A stretch of DNA of 64,000 nt. Source: Monocercomonoides exilis PA203. Its lineage: Eukaryota > Protista > Preaxostyla. This document shows, piece by piece, positions 1-10,416 of this stretch; position 1 is the stretch's first letter, and each line of letters opens with the position of its first letter. The DNA lies in NCBI GenBank assembly GCA_001643675.2, contig LSRY02000009.1, forward strand, positions 806,001 to 870,000, given 5' to 3'. A model generated the notes under the pieces. It saw nothing but the letters and a program-made list of their open reading frames with translations, had not been told where the DNA came from and did not search any database. The translations under genes and the position numbers were made by a program.

Positions 1-3000
1 ATCTGAAATCAACTCAGTAAATGAATTATTTTTATCAATCGACTTCACTCAAATCATTTTCATCATCTTTATGAAAAGGATTGCATTCGTTTCACAATTC
101 TCAATTGCTCCACCTTCATAGCCCTAATCATCTTTTGATTCTTCTTCCTCTTCTTCCTCTTCCTCTTGCTCCTCCTCCTCCTCCTTCTTCTTCTTCGTCT
201 TCGCCTTCATCATCATCATCTTCTTCTTCTCTCCAGCAGTTCACCTTTTCCTCGTAATGATTTCAGTTGAAGCCATCTTCTTCAATTGCATTGTCTTCAT
301 TTTTTTTTCCTTTCGTCTCACCGATATTTGAGGCAATGCAAATCGTGTAATTGATTTTCTGCTATCACTTTGTCGCCAACGGCCATGTGTATTGTTCACA
401 TAGTTTGCGTTTTGTGCTCGTTTTTGGATTGCATTGAAGAAGCTGCGGACAATTTGTTAGGGAAATTTGGATGCAAACAGGGGCACATCTTCATCAAAAG
501 AGCAGAGAATGCAAATGGCTGAAGGCAGAGCAAAAGAACAGCAGCGGGCTGTTGCGCCAATCAAGGCAAATGGAAGCGAAGTTTGTGAGTCTTCTTTGTT
601 GGACTGAGGCATTGTTAAAAGAGGAACTGTCTTTCTCTTCCTCGACTATGACTGGAAATTCGTACGTTTTGGAAGGAATTAGGGCAATCATTTTGCGCGA
701 ATCATGAATGAAGTGCGTTTGAGGAGAATTCCATTGAGCTGCTGAATGAAGATGTGTGAGCAGAGGGCGAAAGAGAAATTGGAGCCATTGAGAGTTTTTG
801 AGATGAAGCACATGAATCACACGCACACACACACACAAAAAAAAATAAATATAAATATAATAAAAAATAAATAAAATAAATAAATAAATAAATAAATAAA
901 ATAAATAAAATAAAATAAAAAAATAAAAAAATAAAAATAAAAAAATAAAAAATCAGCTTTCATTGTGTTTTGTGAGCCATGCGATTGATGAGATGCTCGG
1001 CATCGAGGAAGAAGAAGAAGATGATGATGATGAGAAGAGCGACTGAAAGGGAGCAAAAGAGAAGAAGGAATGAGACGCTCTTTGTTGGATGGCTGGTTCA
1101 CTCGGCCTTCATGCGAAAAGAATGCAGCATCGATTTTGCCAGGTGAAGCAACAGATTGGAGAATATCATCTTTCATCGTCATCGCCAATGGTGCAAATGG
1201 AGATATTTTATGGAGGAAAAGAAAGAATCAGTATTATTATTGTTTAAGTGAGAAAGAAAGGAAACCAAACAATTTCAGCTGATGCCAAGGAGCACCAAAG
1301 CGGGTGAGAAGTCGAAGGGATGAAAAAAGCGAATAAAAATTGCATGTTCAGCTGAATCGACAGGAAAACGTTGTAAAAATTCATCAGTCGAAGATTTTAC
1401 ATGCATCAGCATCATTTCATCTGATAACGCTCCAGTTGCTGCAGAAATGTTTCAATGGCCAATGACTGTTTCATTCAACAAAAAAATTGTATTTACTGAT
1501 GGAGCTGTTAATTTTGGTTATTCTTGTTTTGCTGAATATTCTACTGGAAATACTGCAGACTTCTTCTCATTTGGCTCAATTTTACCACAAGCCACTCCGA
1601 CAGAGAGAGGAATTTTATTCACAATATCTGCTCATTTTCTTCTTCATATTTTGTTGCTGACAGCCGTATTTGACTATCTTATTCTGCATCGTCTTCGTCT
1701 TCTTCCTTCTTTGGGATGCGGAATGAGCGAAAATTGAGAGAATCTGCACAAATTCCATTCCTTTTGAGCATTGCTCGAAAAGACATCGCTTTTGGAGATT
1801 CTTTTATTGGAAAATGTTAATAGCCTTTTACTCAACGTCGATGAATGAAACAAAGAGAAGATGGCTAAAGATTTACAAAATTACACATGGGAGACTAGGA
1901 AATCAGTCCAACCGAAAAGAGAGACAAGTCTCTTTCACAGAAATGGATTTGGCACTTTCTTTTCATTGAGTGTATTTTTGGAGAATTATTATCATGTTCT
2001 GACAGAACAACCAATTTATTCGCAATTCAATTTGTGGAACATTTGAAGCAGAAGGCAGACATTGAATATCAAATGGCATTTGTTTCTTCAAAATCTTCTT
2101 CTTCATCTTCATTGGCAATTCAATCAACTCTCCCATTCACTGATTTATTCTTCAACATTTCATCCTTCTGTCAACGTTGCTGCTGATTTCTCGTTCATTG
2201 TCCATCTCTCTTGAAGCTTATCTCTTTCGATCAAAATCATCATTTTTCATCTTCATCACCATTTTACAAAAACACGTTTTGCTTCAAATTCTTCACAACA
2301 AACTATCAACAAACACGAAACGTTCAACATCTGATTTTTCTTCGTTCTTCTAGTTCTTCTATTATCATCATCAAAAAAAAAGCATGATAGTTTCAAACAG
2401 AATTTCTTCTTTTTCTTCTTCTTCATTTTGAGTATCAACGAAAACAGAAAAATTGGAGAATGGAAGAGAAAAGGAAAAGGAAGGCTTTCAATTGAATACA
2501 TAAACCATTTGCATCAAAGCTGTGAATTCATTAGCAACATCTTTTCAATTCGTTCTCAGCAAGCCAAAATAAAAGATTTCATATTTGAATGAATGCATTG
2601 CATTTGTATTGGGCTTGAGATAAAAAGCGGATTTGGAAGAATGGATTTTTGGAACATTTCATGAATTGAAGAAAAATGGAGATGAAAAGAACAATTTTGA
2701 GCAGAGATTAAGAGATCAGCCAAGGAAACAGAATAAGGATGGAAAATGATTGATGAATGAAGAAATATTTATTTATGCGACAACAAAGCAGCTGAAGGTG
2801 AACTGCAATTGGAGCAGAACTTTTGGATGATATTGTGAGAAAAGAATGTGAGTGAGGTTTCTTCTCTTTCTCCATCAATAGGAAAAGGCAGATGAAAACA
2901 GAATGATGAAAGAAAAAGGAAGAGAAAGAGATGGAATCTGAGTGAAATTATGAAGAATTGCATTTTGAGACGAAATGAATGAAACGAGTATCCTTATTCA

Positions 3001-3352
3001 AGAAGAAGAGATAAAAGCAATGAAAAAAAAGCGAAGGGCTACAAAAAAGGAAGAAAAGAATTAAGAAAAATAAAAGACTGAACAAAAATGAGAAGAATGT
3101 GAAGGGCAATTAATTCTAATTGACTAGTTCTTTCATTCCCATTCTGAATTGGAGCATTGGATTGAATTCTTTTCCAGCCATATTACATATAGAACTCATG
3201 AAGTCGAAATCTATATTCTTCAACAAACATTTCTTCTTTGATGTTTTCGTATTATTCCCAAGATTTTTCATTTCATTTCTTCTTCTTCTCTTTTCGAGTT
3301 GATTGAATTTGCAGAGAGAAAGAGATAAAGCAGAGTTATCCAGAATTTTCAA
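1..3352. pseudogene. Degenerate coding-like remnants (acidic low-complexity fragments), product unknown
   Basis: Only short ORFs broken by stops; poly-Asp/Glu-type tract on minus strand at 140-230; no recognisable domain. Confidence 0.3.
818..950. repeat. Compound microsatellite (CA)n followed by (AAAT/AAAAT)n
   Basis: Read directly. Confidence 0.9.
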
Positions 3353-3614
3353 GAGGAATTAAATGTGAAGTTAATTTTTCTTTATTCAAATAAAAGTGTC
3401 TATTTGAAGAAGATATGATGCAAATATTCGTTCAATGAAGATTCTTAATAAAAAAATACAAGAATGGAATTTTTGCTTTTTCATTTCTTTTTTATTAAAA
3501 AGGGGTAAAAACAACAATTCAAATTATTCAATTAATTTTTTTGAAATTTTGCGTAATGATGAAAATAAAAAAAGACAGTTTTTCGAGTGAAAAAATTAAA
3601 TGAATTGAATTAAG

Positions 3615-5069
3615 TTAAACATTGACAAAATAATCAGAAGTATTCAATGAAAATGCATAACAGTTTTTTTCGTGGAGAAAATCAAATATTTCATGAAAAC
3701 TTATGATGGCATCTTCATATCCTTCTTCTTCCATCCTTTCGAATATCTTTCTTTTCAACTCTTTTCGTTTTGTTTCGTCCGTTTCTCCATCCGTCTTTTC
3801 TTTCAGTCTTTTTGAAATATTCAAAAAGATATTCAAGCCATTCCACACAATTCTATCATCCAAAGTTGATTGCTTCATTTCCTCCCAATAGAGACCAATA
3901 GCTCCACTTTTCAACAAGTCATCAACTTCCACATTTCTATTTTCAGTAGCATATCTAAGTGTATATAGGCATCCATTTAGAATATCTTTGTGATTGTCCC
4001 TTGATGCTCGTAACACTTGAACAATGCAATTGATAAGTCCAGCAATTTCTTCGTTCCACAATGTGCACGAAGAAAAGTAATAATCAACAACAATGAGCCA
4101 TCTCTCGACAACAAGCACTTCGTCATCTTCTTTTCTCTTCCAATCCACACATTTCGACAATTCTTCCAATTCTTTGGCTGCCTCTCTTCCAAAATGCAGT
4201 TCATTCACAATCACATCTTCCAGGCTTTTGTCAAGGTGTAATCGGTAAACCAAAAACTCCCAAGCAGACTGATAGGCAAGTCGCGTCAGATTTTGATGCT
4301 CCTGATGATATTCGATGATTTCTTTGATTTCATCGAGGTAAAGTTCTTGTCTAATTTCCTAATAAAAAACAAGATAGAAAATTCTAAAATGTCAAAAAAA
4401 GAAAAGAAAAAGAAAAAAAAAAAGAAAAAAAAGTTCTCATACTTCACATTTAACATCACTCAAAGCCAATAAAGCTATTTCCACGTCTTTTTGTGCTTTT
4501 TCATTTTCCTCTTTCTTCAATGAAGCTTTCAGAAGACAGGGAACACAAATATAAAGTAATTCTGGAATTTCACACACGTTAAGCAATAAGAAGCACTCGC
4601 AAAGAACAATCAGAAACTTTTCGTTCTTTTTTTCTTTATTCTTCTCATTTTCATCAATTATCATCTCTCTCATTCTTTTGTTCAATGAAGAATGAAAAAA
4701 ACTGTAATTCCACACATTCATCACCATTTCGCAATATCCAATACGCTTCATCAACAAAATTGCATCTTCCATCGAAAGTTTCTTTTCTTCAATCATTTTG
4801 TCCATATTGTCGAACAACTCAGTAGTTAAAGTGTTAAGTAAATTTGAAAAATCCATTTCTTCAATTAGTTCAATCATTTCTTCAATTTTATGTTTCTGTT
4901 CAATTTTACCGCTTCTTTCCAGTTCAGAAAACAATTCTTCAATGTATTCATTATAACAGAAAGCGCTGAACATTCAAAAAATAGAAATTATGATCAAACT
5001 AAAAAACTTCTCTGCAAGTGATGGCTGATGAACCTCATCATTGGATATATCTTCATTGCACATTTCCAT
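3615..5069 (-). CDS. Expanded-family helical protein, copy 1 (3 exons: 5069-5000, 4936-4443, 4358-3615)
   Basis: ATG at 5069 (MEMCNEDIS...). GT-AG introns 4999-4937 and 4442-4359 join the ORFs in frame. Family motifs LCECFLLL, ICVPCLLKA, LTRLAYQSAWEFL, MEEEGYED, SDYFVNV*. Confidence 0.85.
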
Positions 5070-5099
5070 TCTGTTTATGTTTCTTCTCTCCATCCAGCT

Positions 5100-5640
5100 G
5101 TTGTTCAGCATCGTTCTGAGCGATTCAACAATTTTGATGGAAAGAAATAAGAAAGACATATTCAAAGGCAGATGCTGTCAAAAAAAAACACAGTCCAACA
5201 AATACGATGAGGATGAGTGTCTTCGCAAGTCACTGCAAGTCGCCGAGTCTGAATTGATAAGGATCTGCAAGACAAATCCGTTTTTGAGTGAAATATATCT
5301 TTGAAATTCGCAAAATAAACCAAAAAATTATCAAAGAAAAGAACACAAATAAAAAGAAAAACATGAAGTTCCAAATGAGGCAATACCATTTTTTAATAAA
5401 ATAAGCTCTTCTTTTCGCCTCTCTGATTGAAGCAGTCTGCCTTTTATCATTTCTACCCAACCATTTGTTTTTCATTAGCAAAAGTCAAAAGAACTTCTGT
5501 GCATCACTAAAAGAGAAAGAAAAAAAGAGATAGAACAGAAAGGAAAAAATTAGAAATTATCATTGCAAAAAATGTTTCACAAATTTTTTATTTTTGATGA
5601 TCTCTTTCTTTCTTTCTTTTTCTTTTATTAATTTTTCAAA
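5100..5640 (-). pseudogene. Gene fragment paralogous (inverted) to ~8470-8980
   Basis: RQTASIREAKRRA here vs RQTVSIREARKRA at ~8670; the neighbouring GT-AG intron and the gaaaaagaaagaaagaaaga-atcat upstream tract are shared. Confidence 0.6.
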
Positions 5641-5642
5641 AA

Positions 5643-5673
<31 letters not shown>

Positions 5674-5854
5674 ATATTTTTGCCATTTTGAGAAGCGTAT
5701 TAAAAAGACAGTTTTTGAGTTACAAAATAAATAAAAATCACATTTTCTCAAACATTTACAAAGTTGTGTCGAATAATAAATGATGAAAAAAAAAGAAAAA
5801 AAGAAAAAAAATAAAGAAATTTTTGAGATACAAATAGAATGGCATTCCATTTCC

Positions 5855-7303
5855 TCAAACATTTACAAAATAATCAGAAATATTCAAAGATAAATAAATA
5901 CGTTATGATTTGCAAAAATGTAACTAAACTTTTCATAAAAGCTTGCTACGATATCTTCGAATCCCTCTTCTTCCATCTTTTCAAACAGTTTCCTTTTCAT
6001 CTCTTTTCTTTTCGCTTCTTCCATTTCATCCTTCTTCTTTTCTTCCAATCGATTAGAAACATTTACGAAAAAAAAAAAGAGATTATTCGCAATTTTTTCA
6101 TTTAACGTTGGTCGCTGAAATTCCTCCAAAACAGTGTCAAATGCTCTTCCTTTAAGCAAGTCTTTAACATTCACAGCTCTTCTTTCCGCTGCAGTTCTCA
6201 ATAAATGAATGCACCAATCGCCAATTTCTTTGTAATTATCCTTCGCCACTTGATATACCTGAACAATGCTGCCTATAAGTACAGCAAGTTCTTCATTCCA
6301 CAATTCGCATGAGTGAAAATAAGACGTTATTGTTTTGAGCCACCTCATTATTATAAACACTTTCTCCTTTTCTTTTTCTCCTTCCTCTTCTTTCCCTCTC
6401 TCCCAATCCACACATTTTGACAATTCTTCCAAGTCTCTTCTTGCTTCTCTTGCAAAATGAAGTTCATTCACAATCACTTCATTCAAGCTTTTGTCTTTGT
6501 ACAATCTGTATAACAAAAATTCCCAAGCTGATTGATAGGCAAGTTGTGTCAGATTGTGATGCTCCTGGTGATACTGGATTATCTCTTTGATTTCATTCAG
6601 ATACAATTCTTTTTTGACAAACTGACAAGAAATAAGCAAAAAATTATAATAGCAAAAAGGAAATTAAATTTCACATACATTATCTCTAATGCTGCTCAAC
6701 GCTAGCAAAGCCATTTCCGCTTCTTTTCGAGTCTCTTCGCTTTCCTCTTTCTTCAACGCAACTTTCAGGAGACAAGGCACACAAATATCAAATAACTCCC
6801 GATCAAACTGGTAGTTAAGCAAAAGATTGCATTCGCAAAGATCAATCAGCAGTTTTTCATTCTTTCCTTCTTTTTTCTTATTTTCTTCAATTATCATTTC
6901 TTCAAATCTTCTGCTCAGCAAACAACATTTAAAGGCAAAACTGAACCAGTCCAAAAGAACTTTACAATATCCAATGCGTTTCAGCAACAACAATGCATTT
7001 TCCATTGACATTTTCCTTTCTTCAATCAAATCGTATATTTTGTCGAACAGATCGACAGTATAAATAGATTTAAATTCTTCTTCATTCATTCCATCAATTA
7101 TTTCATTCATTTCCCCGATTTTCTGCTTCTGTTCGATTTCGTTGCATCGCTTAAGCTCAGAAAACAATTCTTCAATAAATTTATTAATTACCGAAAGCGC
7201 TGAACATTCAAAAAATAGAAATTATGAACAAACTTAAAAACTTCTCTGCAAGTGATGGCTGATGAACATCATCATTGGATATGTCTTCATTGCACATTTC
7301 CAT
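5855..7303 (-). CDS. Expanded-family helical protein, copy 2 (3 exons; frameshift just before C-terminus, current stop 5884)
   Basis: ATG at 7303; same intron positions as copy 1; ORFs 6664-7167 and 5884-6639. The family end LSLNISDYFVNV* lies out of frame, ending at 5855. Confidence 0.8.
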
Positions 7304-8469
7304 TCTGCCTATTTTTAGCAAAGATCAATTTACAGCAAAATTTCAAACTAAAAACAGAAAAACAAACAGAAAAACAAACATTGTTGATAATTGACAAAAT
7401 TAAAATACAATTGTCAAACTCAATTCTTTTGCTTCGTAAAAATCTGTGTGAAAAAATAAATCACAAAGAAGCCAACTGTATTGGCAGTATTTTTCCAAAT
7501 ATGAAAAAGTTTTATTTCTTTCTGATCGAACCAACAATAATTCATTTCATTGAAATGGTTGATATTTCGATTGAAAAATTGAATGCTTTGGAAAGTATCA
7601 CACATGCCTAAAATTGAATATTAAAAAATTTTCCATTTCAACATTTTGAGCAACATGAAGAAGAGGAGAAAAGACTTTGAAAAGAACTTTGCAAAGAGGA
7701 GACAAAAAAGAAGCCGTTTGATGATTAATTGTGCGTATGCTTCATTCTCCTCCAAATCAAAATGCAAGCATTAGTAATTCAATTTTTGCACTCGCATTTT
7801 GTGCAATCTGAAAGCTCTCCTTGATAGAAATGATTTTTCCTGTTATTTCAGAGTGTTTGCTGGTTTCCGTGAATGTTTCAGTTTTAATGTGTTGAGCACG
7901 GTTATAAACTATTGGGATTCTTTTATAATTAGTTAATTTCTTTAGTTGGTAATTCGAGCTAAAGGAAAATTGTTTTAGGGAATCAAGCTTTCGTTAATCC
8001 ACATTTTAATGGTGCTCGGAAACATGATAACTGAATCACTTTGGGAACAGAATCAAGGCAATAATGAACAATATCGTTGATCGGGCAATGAAAGAGCTTT
8101 CATTCCAAAAGATTATAAATCTGAGCGAAGATGAAAAAAAATCGATATGGTGAAGGGAGATTGATGCAGTATCAAGATCAATTTACAATGGAAATCTTGA
8201 GTACATTCGAACATATTAATCGTTTAATGGTGTTGCCGCTTGACGTGTATTTTTCTGTGAATGCGCTTGTTACGTTTTTTGGAAAATTATCATTTTGGGT
8301 TGTTTTGTTTACAGTTGTTGATTCTCCAATATCAGCATTGATTTCAAGGCAAACATCGAATCAACATGGACGAAGGAGAAACGAATCCGACAAAACAGAA
8401 CAGACTGCAATTGAAGTGTCTGTTCAAATTGAGGTGTGTTATCCAAATAAAGTCATATTTTGATATTAA

Positions 8470-9360
8470 TTTTTTTGAAAAAAAAAATTTTAATGAAAAA
8501 GAAAGAAAGAAAGAAATCATAAAAATAAAAAAAAATTACTCATTCTTTTTGCACAATTACAATTTCATATTTTCGCTTTTGTTTTTTCTTTTTCTTTTTT
8601 TTAAACGTTGCCGATCTTTTTACTTTTTTTTAAAAAAAAAAAAAAAAAAACAGCTGTGAAGAGATTATCAAAGACAGACTGTTTCAATCAGAGAGGCGAG
8701 AAAACGAGCAATTTTTTAAAAAAAGGTATTGCCTCGTTTAGGAATTAGTTTTTGAAATGGTTTTCTTTTTTTCTTTTATTTAAAGGTTTGCTGACATATT
8801 TTGCAGACTTAAAAAATTATTCACTCAAAAACTGATTCTTGCAACAGATCCTCATCAATTCCATCTGAAGCAGCATTCAATCGCATTGTGAATGGGCTCA
8901 CATTCATCTTGTTTGTTTCATTGAGCTTTTGGCTACATCTGCCTTTTGAAAGTGTTTGTCTTGTTTCCTTCCATCTGAATCGATGAATCATTCAGAAAAC
9001 AGCTGGAAGGAATCCAAATGGAAGGAAAGTGATGAGAAAGAGATGAGAAAGAGAGGCAAATCCCTCAGATGCATGTGGAGAGGGGAAAAGGAGAAGAGGG
9101 AGGAGAAGGAAGAGAAGAGGGAAGGGAAGAGAGAGAAGAGGGAAGAGAAGGAAGAGGAGGAGAAGAAGAAGAGAAGGAGGAGAAGAGAAGGAGGAGAAGA
9201 GGGAGGAGAAGAGGAGATTAGAGATATCAGGTTGTTTAGAGAGGGAGTGGAGAAGATTGAAAGAACAGACAACGAAAAAGGAAGAAGAAGTGGACGACGA
9301 AAAAGAAGAAAGAAAAAAGAACAAAAAGGAAGAAAAAAGATGAATCATTATCATCTCCAA
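8470..9360 (+). pseudogene. Degenerate gene fragment running into an E/K/R-rich tract; paralog of 5100-5640
   Basis: Inverted similarity to 5100-5640; in-frame stops. Confidence 0.5.
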
Positions 9361-9372
9361 CTGTTTCATCAA

Positions 9373-9840
9373 CTTCTTCTTCTCTTCTTCTTCTTCTTCT
9401 TCTTCTTCTTCTTCTTCTTCTTCTTCTTCTTCTTCTTCTTCTCCTTCTTCTTCTTCTCCTCCTTCTCCTTCTCCTTCTTCTTCTTCTTTTCTTCTTCTTC
9501 TTCTTCTTCTTCTTCTTCTTCTTGCCATTCACAAAACAAAGAAATCAATGAAAATGATATGACAAACATTGAATTTGATAGAAATAACAATGAAGAGAGA
9601 GAAAGAGAGAGAAAGAGAGAAAAATGAAGAAGAAAGAGAAGAAGAAGAAAGAGAAGAAGAAAGAGAAGAAGAAAGAAGAAGGAAAGAAGAGGAAAATAAA
9701 GAAAGAGAAGAAGAAGAAGAAGAAGAAACAGAAGAAGATTTCAAAGAATTACTAACATTTTCCGAAAGGCAAAGAAATAAAGAGAAAGAGAAAGAGAAAG
9801 AGAAAGAGAAAGAGAAAGAGAAAGAGAAAGAGAAAGATAA

Positions 9841-9917
<77 letters not shown>
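9373..9917. repeat. (TTC)n tract followed by GAA-rich, (GAGAAA)n and (GA)n tracts
   Basis: Read directly; explains the homopolymeric ORFs in the track. Confidence 0.9.
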
Positions 9918-9920
<3 letters not shown>

Positions 9921-10416
9921 TAACTTCCAATTCTTGCTGTGATAAAGGTCAATGAATGCATGCATGAAGCCATTTGAAATTCGAATGAAAAAAAATTTCA
10001 AGAAAAAGCAAAATGTTTGATCACTCTTCTTCGAATGTTTCTGAGAATTTTGGTTTAAAGGCAAAAGAGCAGAAAACGTTAGTCGCAAAATAATTCATAG
10101 CTTTGCTATTTTTCACAGTTTAGTTTTTCTCTTTTATTTACAAATCAATTAAAGAATAAACGACAAATGATAAAAATAAGAATATAATATATAATATTTT
10201 TGTTTTGAAAAAAATGTTTGAATAACAAAATGCAACACTGCCAAAAATCATGCAATCACTTTATGCACATTATTTTTCAAATTAACTAGATTAAAAAAAT
10301 AATTAAAAAAAATAATTATTCGTTTTTGATCGAATACATTATATATACTGAAAATACCATATTCCAACAATTTGTATTTTCTCGGCTTCTATTGCAGATA
10401 GAATACATTAATTGAA

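Noticed and set aside
8956-10088. Poly-R/K/E/F/LS ORFs as real proteins
   Set aside because: Translations of microsatellites that lack stops in several frames.
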